Source: Acidobacteriota bacterium
GTDB taxonomy: Bacteria; Acidobacteriota; UBA6911; RPQK01; JBHHYX01
Reading direction: 5' to 3'
NCBI GenBank assembly: GCA_046757765.1
Contig: JBHHYX010000001.1
Location: 1-54,670 of the forward strand
Length of the DNA stretch: 54,670 nt
The translations under genes were made by a program, and so were the position numbers. Shown one piece after another: positions 20,587 to 29,165 of the stretch (position 1 is its first letter; every line of letters begins with the position of its first letter). The notes beneath the pieces are model-generated. The model saw only the letters and a program-made list of their open reading frames with translations. It had not been told where the DNA came from and did no database searches.

Positions 20587-20736
20587 TCAGAATCTGGCAA
20601 CTGGCTGCAGCCGAGGGACAAGATTTGATGGAACACTGCAAACTGAACCGAAGCGTCAGCGCCCGGCCAGGTCCGGATGGCCACTCACCCACGTTCGTGG
20701 TTCAGTGACTTGGCAGCCGAATTGCTCAACCTGGCT
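20587..20736 (+). repeat. R1 structured repeat, copy D (intact mini-ORF 20628..20708, plus strand)
   Basis: TCAGAATCTGGCAACTGGCTGCAGCCGAGGGACAAGATTTGATGGAACACTGCAAACTGAACCGAAGCGTCAGCGCCCGGCCAGGTCCGGATGGCCACTCACCCACGTTCGTGGTTCAGTGACTTGGCAGCCGAATTGCTCAACCTGG. The stop codon of gene 20726..21991 lies inside the 3' flank of the repeat. Confidence 0.85.
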
Positions 20737-21991
20737 GCCCTGGAGCCTGACCCCACAAGGGGTGGAGAGCATGAAACAGGGCCTGCATGGGCACTGGGTA
20801 GGGGTGGTAGACCGAGTAGGTCTCTTTTCCCGTCAACAACCGGCGGAGGGCCGACCTCTCGAGCTCTTCCACCCCCTCAATGAATTCGTTGCTGGCCTCC
20901 GGGAAAGCGAAGCGAAACTTCCGATAGTAGGACATGAAGCGCATTCGCTCTTCCTGTAACGAAAAGACCATCCGCCTGGCCACCTTGCGCGGGTCGGCGG
21001 GCCGGACGGTGACCCTCGGTTCCCGGTGACTGGCGACAAAGAGAAGGCGCTCGAAAGTGGCCCCATCTTTCGAATTGGGACCGAAGAGATCTCGGGGAGC
21101 AATGTTGATCCACTGCTGATCCTTCAACAAGGCCCTCAGCCGTCGGGCCAGGCCGTGCCAGGCCCAAGAGCGCCCGCTGCTCTGTCGCAAAGCCCCCTCG
21201 ACCAGCCCGACCAGACGGCGCAGCGTCCAGAGCCGGACACGATCACGCCTCCCGATGCAGCTCCGGAACTGGGGCAGGTTCTGGAGGTGCCAGTCCCAGA
21301 TCCGGATAGGCTCGGGAATCCCGTACATGCGTCCCTCATCATTGATGTAGACCCACTCGTCACCCACATAGTTGGCTCCGTTGGCCGCAAACGCCAGCAG
21401 TGTCTCGGTCTTTCCGCCCTTTGCCCAACCGGTGGCCAGAACGCCAACTCCCTGGTAGTCAAAGGCAGAAGCGTGGAGGGGGAGCACGCCCTTGGCAAGG
21501 GCGGTCAGATTGAGAATGGGAACCAGTAGCGGAACAGCCGGCAGCCCCTTTTCACAATGGATATGGCAATGGCCGCCGATCTGGTCAAAAGGAATCCGCA
21601 CTCGGACGCGCGACTTCCCTTTGCCGCTCAAAACAAAAAAGCCGTCACGGCTGAATCCCGCGTCCTCCACGCCAAGATAGCGGAGGGGAGGGTCAGGGAG
21701 CTGGTCTGCAAAGTGAATGACGATCTCAGGCGGACGACCCAGGGGCCTTCGAATGGGCCCCAGTTGCCCGTCTACCGCGGCCACATCACCCGGAGAAGGG
21801 TTGAGCAGGCGCACGCCAACGATGCCGTGGAGATCGTAGTCGACCCGCGTCCGGGCGCGGTCGGCGGTCAGGTGGCGAACAGATCCCTTTCCGAGCAGGT
21901 TCTCTGAACCCGGCCGGTGCTGAGACTCAGAGCTCAGATCCGAAAATCCGGAGGAGCCGGTTTCATGAGCGGAAAGGCCTGTCGCTCCCAT
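20726..21991 (-). CDS. HPr-kinase-C-terminal-domain-like P-loop protein (HprK-related kinase candidate)
   Basis: ORF 20726..22120 trimmed to the ATG at 21991, which overlaps the upstream gene by 29 nt. LHASAFDYQGVGVLATGWAKGGKTETLLAFAANGANYVGDEWVYI resembles the HprK catalytic-domain pattern (H.s.v...G.GvL..G.sG.GKS..al.l...G...v.DD). Confidence 0.5.
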   Translation of the reverse strand: MGATGLSAHETGSSGFSDLSSESQHRPGSENLLGKGSVRHLTADRARTRVDYDLHGIVGVRLLNPSPGDVAAVDGQLGPIRRPLGRPPEIVIHFADQLPDPPLRYLGVEDAGFSRDGFFVLSGKGKSRVRVRIPFDQIGGHCHIHCEKGLPAVPLLVPILNLTALAKGVLPLHASAFDYQGVGVLATGWAKGGKTETLLAFAANGANYVGDEWVYINDEGRMYGIPEPIRIWDWHLQNLPQFRSCIGRRDRVRLWTLRRLVGLVEGALRQSSGRSWAWHGLARRLRALLKDQQWINIAPRDLFGPNSKDGATFERLLFVASHREPRVTVRPADPRKVARRMVFSLQEERMRFMSYYRKFRFAFPEASNEFIEGVEELERSALRRLLTGKETYSVYHPYPVPMQALFHALHPLWGQAPGQPG

Positions 21992-24248
21992 AATCGTAAA
22001 GGTATTCGGGCCTGCTGATGTCCACATTGTTGATGACCGTACCCAAAACTCGGGCCTTGACCCGGGCCAGGTGCCAGAGAGCCTTCTCGACTGCGGCCCG
22101 AGGCGTCTTGCCTCCTTCAATCACCACAACGACCTGGTCCGCTTTGCGGGCAAGAATCAACGCATCGGTATTGGGAATCAGAGCCGGCGTATCCATGACA
22201 ATAGCATCAAAGAACTGGCTCAGCAGGTTCAGTGCACGGTCCATTTGAGGTGAAGCGATCAGCTCCACCGCGCTGCCTGCCCCAGTCCCGGCGGGGAGGA
22301 GAAACAGATCCCGCATCTCGGTCTCCCGAACCTGCGAACACAGATTGGACTGGGCGCAAAGGAATTGACTGATCCCCTGCCCGCTCTCAATGCCAAAAAA
22401 ACGGGGAATTGACGGAGAGCGCAGATTGAGGTCGATGAGGAGAGTGCAGGCGCCGCTTTGGGCCAGGGAGATAGCCGTGTTGACGGCCGTGGCCGTCTTC
22501 CCTTCTCCCTGCAAGGCCGAGGTTATGAGAACTCTGACGGGTCGCGCCGCCTCACCCTGCAAAATTGCCGTGCGTAACCAGCGGTAGGCTTCCCAGTGCC
22601 GACTCTCACGTCCATCACCAGCAACGGGCACCACTTCGACAGGTGGACCGCCGTTCTCAGGGGGGGGCAATCGTCCAGAAAGAGTGGGAATCGCCTCAAG
22701 TTTCGGAATCACTCCCAGGCAGGGCGCCGAAAGAAGTCTCTCCGCTTCCTCCGCCGTTCTGAGAGTATCGTCACTGGATTCCAGCAGCAGAGCCGACCCC
22801 AGACCAATCATCAATCCGAGGAGCAACGAGATGGCGAGGTATTGAGACCTGTTCGGCCAATAGACCTGCCGTGGCACTCGTCCACGCTCGACCAATCCGG
22901 TCTCAACGGAATCCTCCGCCACCGCCACACCGGCTTCTTTGACCCGCTGCAGGAGGCCTTCGTAAAGGGACTTGTTGGTTTCCACCTCTCGCTGGAGCAT
23001 CTTGAATTCGATCAGATCCTGATCCAGCTGGCTGGCGGACTTCACTTGTTTTCGCAGGCGTTCCGAAAGAATCCGGTAATGGTCCAGCGATACCTGGTAG
23101 TCTTGCTTTGCCTGGTCCAGAGCCCGTTGTTTCTCGAGGCGGAGCTGTTGGGCCACCGTCCCCGTTTGTTTCTCAATTCGGACCGTCTCAGGCCAGTTGC
23201 GCCCGAACTGAGTCTGCAAACTGGACCGTTTCTGTCTCAGAGTGGTGAGCCGAGCTTCCAGGTCGAGGATGGTGGGGTTTTCCAGGCCAGCGGGAAAATT
23301 CTCCGCGGAAGCTTCATTCAAGGCCAACCGTTCTGCCTGCAGCGACATCAAAGTCGATTCCACTTTGGTCAACTCACGGTTCAGGTCGACCAACTTCTGC
23401 AACGCGATTCCCTGGTTCTCATCGAGTTTCAAAATGTCATTTTGACGGGCGTATCGGACCCACTTGGCCTCAGATGCCTCCAGATTCGCCTTCACCTCCA
23501 GCAACTGCTTCTGAAGCGCGTCCCGAGTCCTTTCCAGAGCCTGACTCCGAGCCTCGAACTCCGACTCGAAGAAGGTCTCGGCAAAGGCGTTGACGATTTT
23601 GGCGGCAAGTCGAGGATCGTGGGCATCGTAGTCAAGCTGAAGAAGCTGGGTGCCCGAAATGAGATGCACTTCAAGGTTTTTCAGCAGTTCGTCGGCAAGC
23701 TCCACGTCCTTCGCCCCACCGTCTGACGGCTCTGTCTTGAAGAGGCGGTGGACGGAAGTGAAGAGCTGGAAGATCGGATCCAATAGCACTCCCCGGTGGC
23801 TTTCGAGGTTGAAGACGGGGTCCTCCGCCAGACCCAGACGTTGCACGACTCGTCCAGCCAACCGATCACCCCGCACAATCTCTTTCTGCGTCTGAACATA
23901 AGTTTCGACTCCCCGTAGTCCCCAGGTGGCGCCGCCCGGGCTCGGGTAGGGCGACACGTTGCCGGAGCCGGGACTGACCTGGATCTTGGCAGTGGAGCGG
24001 TAGGTCGGGGTAAGCGTCATGAGCTGTGCCACCGTCATCAGCATGAGCACGAGCGTAGCGCTTGAGATCAGCAGCCAACGCCTCAGCAACAGGTGCCACA
24101 AATAGGAATAGAGGTTGGGCAGGCTGATTTCATCCCTCCGGGGAGGGGGCGTTGGCCGGGCTTGCTCCCGTGCAAGCCAACCAAAGGAGGCCAGGATGGA
24201 GCGGCGTCTCACCAGGTCGTTCAGATTTCGTCCGCTGACGCTTTCCAT
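21963..24248 (-). CDS. Polysaccharide co-polymerase / tyrosine autokinase (Wzc/GumC/EpsG-like: Wzz domain + CpsD/CapB-type ATPase)
   Basis: The ORF runs to 24365. It is trimmed to the ATG at 24248, 1 nt after the upstream stop codon. It has two TM segments flanking a long coiled-coil periplasmic region. The C-terminal P-loop is LITSALQGEGKTATAVNTAISLA, and the DxD-like region is LLIDLNLRSPS. Confidence 0.85.
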   Translation of the reverse strand: MESVSGRNLNDLVRRRSILASFGWLAREQARPTPPPRRDEISLPNLYSYLWHLLLRRWLLISSATLVLMLMTVAQLMTLTPTYRSTAKIQVSPGSGNVSPYPSPGGATWGLRGVETYVQTQKEIVRGDRLAGRVVQRLGLAEDPVFNLESHRGVLLDPIFQLFTSVHRLFKTEPSDGGAKDVELADELLKNLEVHLISGTQLLQLDYDAHDPRLAAKIVNAFAETFFESEFEARSQALERTRDALQKQLLEVKANLEASEAKWVRYARQNDILKLDENQGIALQKLVDLNRELTKVESTLMSLQAERLALNEASAENFPAGLENPTILDLEARLTTLRQKRSSLQTQFGRNWPETVRIEKQTGTVAQQLRLEKQRALDQAKQDYQVSLDHYRILSERLRKQVKSASQLDQDLIEFKMLQREVETNKSLYEGLLQRVKEAGVAVAEDSVETGLVERGRVPRQVYWPNRSQYLAISLLLGLMIGLGSALLLESSDDTLRTAEEAERLLSAPCLGVIPKLEAIPTLSGRLPPPENGGPPVEVVPVAGDGRESRHWEAYRWLRTAILQGEAARPVRVLITSALQGEGKTATAVNTAISLAQSGACTLLIDLNLRSPSIPRFFGIESGQGISQFLCAQSNLCSQVRETEMRDLFLLPAGTGAGSAVELIASPQMDRALNLLSQFFDAIVMDTPALIPNTDALILARKADQVVVVIEGGKTPRAAVEKALWHLARVKARVLGTVINNVDISRPEYLYDYGSDRPFRS

Positions 24249-24249
24249 G

Positions 24250-25512
24250 TTACTCCTCACTTGCCCCTGTCGCTCGGCACTGAGTACGAAAGAGCCGGGA
24301 GAGACGGGAGGCATTGATCTCGAGGTTAAAGTCCCGTATGACCGTCCTTCGGGACGACTGCCCAATCCGCCGGCGAAGTCCGGGATCCTGTTTCAGCCTT
24401 CGCAAAGCTCTGGCCAGCCCGCGCGAGTCTCGGGGGCGAACCAGAAACCCATTGCGGCCGGACTCAATCAACTCCGGAATCCCGGAGATGTTGCTGGCGA
24501 CAACTGGAAGAGAACAGGCCATGGCCTCCATCAGGGCCACGGGAATCCCCTCCCGTTTCCCCTCCCTCGTTGGGACGCTCGCCAGAACCACAACGTCGGC
24601 TTTCCCAAGCATGTTCAACACCTCCTGCCTGGACCTGGCCCCGAGCAGATGGACGCAGTCCCGCAATTCCCAGCGGACAATAAGCCTTTCAATTTTGGCG
24701 CGGAGCGGCCCTTCGCCCACTACATGGCATCGAAAATCGACACCTCCCCGTACCAGTTCGGAACAAGCTTCCAGCAAGTATCGATGCCCCTTAACTTCTT
24801 CCAGTGATCCGACACAGAGAACCTGGAGTGGAGCCTGGGCATCGCCACCGCCGTTGGTCAGGCGGGGATGGAACAGCTCGGTATCGACCCCACAATGAAT
24901 GACATGAATCTTCTGGCGGCTTTTCTCCCCGCATTCCCGAACCATGAGCTCCTTGTTGTAGCGTGAGACGGTAATGCCAAAGGCGGAGGCCTCGGTCTTC
25001 CGGGCCAGCATCCGCCTGTCAACATGCAGGTCCGAGCCGTGAGCCGTAAAGCTGTAGGGTATGCCGGTCAGTCGATGAATAATAAATGCAGCCATGGTGG
25101 GGTGGTTCACGAAGTGGCAATGGATGTGGTCGATCCCCTCTTCTTGCATGAGGTACGCAAAGCAGACAGACTTCGGCAGAATGGCGATGGCGCCACAGAA
25201 AAAATTGAGGCTGCCCCAAGTCTCCGACAACACCTCCATCCACAACCTGAAATAGCTTTTCCAGCTTCGGCGCATGAAGTAGAGGTTGGCCTTCAGAATC
25301 GAAAGCGAGAAGAAATGAAGATAGTGGGCCCGTTGGACCAGCCGTTGAGCTTCAGGGTGATTGACCGGCCGGCGCTCTCGCAGCAAAGGGTAGACCTCTA
25401 TTGAAAACCCTTCTTGCTCCATTCGAATCATTTCGTAGAGAACAAAGGTCTCCGTCAACTTGGGAAAACGAGACATGATATAGGCAATTTTCGGCCCGGC
25501 CGAGTCCGTCAT
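24250..25512 (-). CDS. GT4-family glycosyltransferase (WcaL-like)
   Basis: The ORF runs to 25548. It is trimmed to the ATG at 25512, which overlaps the upstream stop as TGATG. KIAYIMSRFPKLTETFVLYEM..., HCHFVNHPT and FTAHGSDL are typical of this GT4 subgroup. The EX7E region is EGIPVALMEAMACSLPVVAS. Confidence 0.8.
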   Translation of the reverse strand: MTDSAGPKIAYIMSRFPKLTETFVLYEMIRMEQEGFSIEVYPLLRERRPVNHPEAQRLVQRAHYLHFFSLSILKANLYFMRRSWKSYFRLWMEVLSETWGSLNFFCGAIAILPKSVCFAYLMQEEGIDHIHCHFVNHPTMAAFIIHRLTGIPYSFTAHGSDLHVDRRMLARKTEASAFGITVSRYNKELMVRECGEKSRQKIHVIHCGVDTELFHPRLTNGGGDAQAPLQVLCVGSLEEVKGHRYLLEACSELVRGGVDFRCHVVGEGPLRAKIERLIVRWELRDCVHLLGARSRQEVLNMLGKADVVVLASVPTREGKREGIPVALMEAMACSLPVVASNISGIPELIESGRNGFLVRPRDSRGLARALRRLKQDPGLRRRIGQSSRRTVIRDFNLEINASRLSRLFRTQCRATGASEE

Positions 25513-27293
25513 CACGCTCCAGCGACCGAATCGTCCGCGGGCTGCCATGGCGACGCTTCACACCAAACGGCGGCTCTGGACGGGTGGGGAAAAACAAGAG
25601 CAGCCAGGCGTGCTCTGTTGCGCGGTTCCAAGATCAGACGAAGCAGGCTGACGTAACGCCCGTCTTGCACGGAAGAGGGGGCGAGCATCGCGACTTCCTT
25701 CAGAGCCCGATGCATCCAGCAACTATAAAAGAGCGGCTCTACCAGACTCTGCCTCACTCCTATTCTCTGGCAGTAGTCTCGAATCGCCTCGGAGAAGAGG
25801 AGCGTCAAAGGTGAACCGAGCAAAAAATGTCGGACAAAGTTATCCAGGGCATCGCCATGGCCCTTGATTCGACGAGCCCAGGACCCGTAAGCCCTCAGAA
25901 AATAGAAAAGATCCCAAAGCGGCATGCCTTTGAGCTCACTGGACTCCCAGTCGAGGAAAATGACGTCGCCGGAGGGGGAAACCAGGATGTTGTGAGTGCC
26001 CGGGTCTCCATGCTGGACGACCGTCGGAAGTCTCACTTCGCGACGAGTCAGTCGTTCCAGTTGGCCCTCCAGGAAAGCTCTTTGGCGCATGTCGAGCCGA
26101 TAGATTCCATTAAAACCATGGTACAGTCGTTGCAGGGCAGTGCCCATTGCTTCACGTTGGCTCTCCCGGGCGGAAGAGGCTCCGAGTTGAGTGATCCAGG
26201 AAATGCCGGCCCGGGCTATTGGACAGGAGGACGTCGCCCGGGTTCGGGCTCGAAACGGGTCTCCCTCGATGGCCTTTTGCACCGCGATCGCCCTCCCGGC
26301 GTGATACCCGAGGAAGAGTGGTGTCGGCAGCGTCCCCTCCTTGACAAACCCTTTGTGAACCAATAATGAGAGAACTCGATGCTCATGTTCCAGCCGGTAG
26401 TTGAAGCAGGGCGACCGCGTCACCTTCGCCACCACATCGGCGCAACCCCTCCTGGTGAAGAAGAAAAAGATGATTTTGTTGGAGTTGCACTTGCCCCGAG
26501 CCGAGACTCCAAACCGATGGTCCTCGAGATCGATCCCGTGATCGGCCGCCAAAGTGACCAAGTACTCAGGCGGGCGCTTCCGTTCATCCGGCATGAGCGA
26601 TCGCCGGATGAGACCGGCCCTGCGGGGGAGGATGTGCTGAAGCACACCCATCCGGCTCAAACATCTTCCGATTCGGCTCAGCACCCGGTTCAGCAGCGAT
26701 CGCCCCGTCAAGACCTTGCTGAAAAAAAAGTGGCCGATGCGTTCATCTCCGACAGGCCCAGCCGTACGCATGGGGCCATGAAAGGGAGTCAGCCAGTAGC
26801 TTTGCACCGCGCCCAGACCCTCTTGCCTCAGATGCCTGAGGAGGCTCCGCTTGAGTCGGTGGCCGGCGAGGCGAGAGTGCTCGAAGTAGATCACTCCATT
26901 CGAGTTCAAAACCCGATTCAGGTCGGCGATCAGAAAATCGTCCCGGGCCAGTCCCTCAATGGATTCCAGTCTTTCGATGAAAACAAGGTCTATCGTCCGC
27001 GCCTGGAAAGGCAAGCTCTGGTTCTCGCTTCTCCCAATGACGGTCAGGTTCCATTCGGGAAAGCTCTTGCTGAGGAATTGGGCTCTTTCCAGTTCGGATC
27101 CATCCCTGACCACGACCGACAAGTCCGTCGACCCTTTTGACAAGACTGTCAGCGTCGATGGCGAGGGCATGCCCAGCGAGACAATGCGCCTCATCTCAAG
27201 GCTCGGCATCAGGAATCGCCAGTCGGCGCCAGCCAGATCGTTTTCAAGGTTGGTGCCTGGAGAGAAATCGCTTTCTAAGCAAGTTTCGAGCAT
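25512..27293 (-). CDS. Fusion protein: N-terminal methyltransferase-like fold + C-terminal APH/kinase-fold domain
   Basis: 593 aa. The N-terminal ~180 aa are paralogous to 19757..20395 (DWRFLMP...). The C-terminal part carries VVQHGDPGTHNIL and FLDWE, and is paralogous to 15522..16556. Confidence 0.65.
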   Translation of the reverse strand: MLETCLESDFSPGTNLENDLAGADWRFLMPSLEMRRIVSLGMPSPSTLTVLSKGSTDLSVVVRDGSELERAQFLSKSFPEWNLTVIGRSENQSLPFQARTIDLVFIERLESIEGLARDDFLIADLNRVLNSNGVIYFEHSRLAGHRLKRSLLRHLRQEGLGAVQSYWLTPFHGPMRTAGPVGDERIGHFFFSKVLTGRSLLNRVLSRIGRCLSRMGVLQHILPRRAGLIRRSLMPDERKRPPEYLVTLAADHGIDLEDHRFGVSARGKCNSNKIIFFFFTRRGCADVVAKVTRSPCFNYRLEHEHRVLSLLVHKGFVKEGTLPTPLFLGYHAGRAIAVQKAIEGDPFRARTRATSSCPIARAGISWITQLGASSARESQREAMGTALQRLYHGFNGIYRLDMRQRAFLEGQLERLTRREVRLPTVVQHGDPGTHNILVSPSGDVIFLDWESSELKGMPLWDLFYFLRAYGSWARRIKGHGDALDNFVRHFLLGSPLTLLFSEAIRDYCQRIGVRQSLVEPLFYSCWMHRALKEVAMLAPSSVQDGRYVSLLRLILEPRNRARLAALVFPHPSRAAVWCEASPWQPADDSVAGA

Positions 27294-27583
27294 TGACCTC
27301 TTCTCCTGCTGCCCACAGCGGCGGCGGTGGTAAAGAGTTGAAGAAATGGGGGATCGGAAAGTGGGAGCCGCCTCAGGCGGCGAACGACCCCCTTGCGCGT
27401 TTCGCTTCCTCTCAAGTTCCCGAGGCGTTTGAGTTCGGACAACTGCTTTTTTCCATCATTTATACGCGTCCGGATGAGAGCCAGTTGACCTTTGCAAGCG
27501 AGGGACCCGAGAGAACCTGGAGTCAGACGGATGATTCCATCCTTTGGATCGATCGGCTCCGGGAGACTAATAGGGTCAGGCAA
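27275..27583 (-). CDS. Hypothetical small protein filling the only gap in this sub-operon
   Basis: 102-aa ORF that overlaps the flippase stop by 8 nt and the next gene start by 19 nt. I recognised no motif. The coding call rests only on position and frame continuity. Confidence 0.3.
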   Translation of the reverse strand: MPDPISLPEPIDPKDGIIRLTPGSLGSLACKGQLALIRTRINDGKKQLSELKRLGNLRGSETRKGVVRRLRRLPLSDPPFLQLFTTAAAVGSRRRGQCSKLA

Positions 27584-29165
27584 GGAAGAAACGGAGAACA
27601 GGTATCCGCAACAGGGCTGGAAAAGTCTGGCCGATATCCAGTTTTTTCCTGCCCGCGGCCAGCACGAATAGAGCCGTCAAAAGCACAAAAGTCGCCCCCA
27701 GGTAGACGTTGCGGGGAGCGAAAAACTGTACTGCCACCAGGGCAAGCACTCCACCGCCGATGGTCAGGTAGAAGGAGACATATTTCCAGTCCAGCACGTG
27801 CAGCCCCGAAACGAGTCCCAGCCCGGCCTGTTTGAGGATGTTATGGAAAACCATTGTTCCCGCGGTCCCCAAGGCGGCGCCCAGTGCTCCGTAACGGTAA
27901 ATCAGAATCATGTTCGCGGCCGCGTTGGTGGCCAATGTCAGCAGGTCAATGGCCACTGTGTAGCGCACTTTGCCCAGGACCTTGAGGGTGACACCGTTAA
28001 ACCCGAGGGAGGCATTGAAGTAATAGCCCAATGCCAACAAGGCCAGTATCGTTGCCGACGACTCATAACGGGCCCCGTAGAGAAAAGTGGTCAAGGGAGA
28101 GGCCATACAGAAGGTCATGGCAAAGATTGGAAAAGAGAGAACGGCTGTCCAAGCCGCAGTGTTCCAGTAAAGGCTGTTGATGCCACGGGTATCCTTCCTG
28201 GCAAACAAACGGGCGGCCGCGGGAGTGTAGAGCATGCCCAGACTCGACATGACGAGAGTGTTGAAGCGGGCCGCCGGCAACACGACCCGAAAGCGAGCCA
28301 CTTCCGAGGCATCGTGAAAATACCCCAGCAGAAGGACACTCACCGGGTTCATCACCACAGTCAACAAGTCGGAAGTCAGCACGGGGAGAGTGAAGGAAAG
28401 AACTTCTCGCACCGGGATGCGGAGCGTCCGGAGGCGGCAAGACTGAAAAAGCCCTCGACGGCGAAAGATGCCCAACAACACCCAGAGGTAAAGAGTCAAC
28501 CCGGCGACACTGGCCAGTAGGTACCCCCAGGCCAGAAACTTGACGCTAGTCCCCAAGCTGATCAAGAGCAAAACCACCAGGAGTTTCAGACCCGGACCCA
28601 AAACATACTTGCGGAAGAAGATCGCCCGCGGCTCGCCGAAGGCAGCAAACAAGTGCACAAGAAGCAAGTCAAGTCCTTCCACGGGAACCAGAAAGACCAG
28701 AATGGAAAGCAAAACTACAGCCCGGTCTCCCTGAATCAGAAAATGAGAGAAAAGCCCCGGGGCAAGGTAGAAAGTGCCGATGATTGTCAAACCGGTTGCG
28801 ATGACGACACCGCCTGACAGGAGAATCGTTCCGAACAATTTTTCGATCTCACCCTTCTCGTCGTAGATGGGCACAAAGCGACTGATCGCGCGCTTGAACC
28901 CCAAGGTGGCAAACGCCTGCCAGAATGCGACGAACGAGAGTGCATAGAAAAACAGGCCGTAATCGTCCGTGCCAAGGTAGCGGGCAAGTGACACCTGGGC
29001 CGCAAAGTTGAGCCCTACGGCGATCAGCCTGCCTGTCACCAGAAGGGTCGAACCTCGGATCTGCGGAGCTGCCGTTCCGCCGCCCGACTGGGAAGAAACC
29101 TTCTCCAACCCCTCAACTGTCACAGCTGGGCCTCTGACGACTTTCCTGACGGTTTCCGTAGACAT
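27576..29165 (-). CDS. Wzx-type polysaccharide flippase (MOP superfamily)
   Basis: 529 aa with about 12-14 predicted TM helices. The N-terminal block LLVTGRLIAVGLNFAAQVSLARYLG is typical of polysaccharide biosynthesis (Wzx/RfbX) proteins. Confidence 0.75.
   Translation of the reverse strand: MSTETVRKVVRGPAVTVEGLEKVSSQSGGGTAAPQIRGSTLLVTGRLIAVGLNFAAQVSLARYLGTDDYGLFFYALSFVAFWQAFATLGFKRAISRFVPIYDEKGEIEKLFGTILLSGGVVIATGLTIIGTFYLAPGLFSHFLIQGDRAVVLLSILVFLVPVEGLDLLLVHLFAAFGEPRAIFFRKYVLGPGLKLLVVLLLISLGTSVKFLAWGYLLASVAGLTLYLWVLLGIFRRRGLFQSCRLRTLRIPVREVLSFTLPVLTSDLLTVVMNPVSVLLLGYFHDASEVARFRVVLPAARFNTLVMSSLGMLYTPAAARLFARKDTRGINSLYWNTAAWTAVLSFPIFAMTFCMASPLTTFLYGARYESSATILALLALGYYFNASLGFNGVTLKVLGKVRYTVAIDLLTLATNAAANMILIYRYGALGAALGTAGTMVFHNILKQAGLGLVSGLHVLDWKYVSFYLTIGGGVLALVAVQFFAPRNVYLGATFVLLTALFVLAAGRKKLDIGQTFPALLRIPVLRFFLA

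Noticed and set aside
20594-20610. TGGCAACTGGCWGCA inside the R1 repeats (copies C and D), considered as a sigma54 promoter for the mini-ORF.
   Set aside because: GG and GC are separated by 9 nt rather than 10. Copy E has no GC at the equivalent position.
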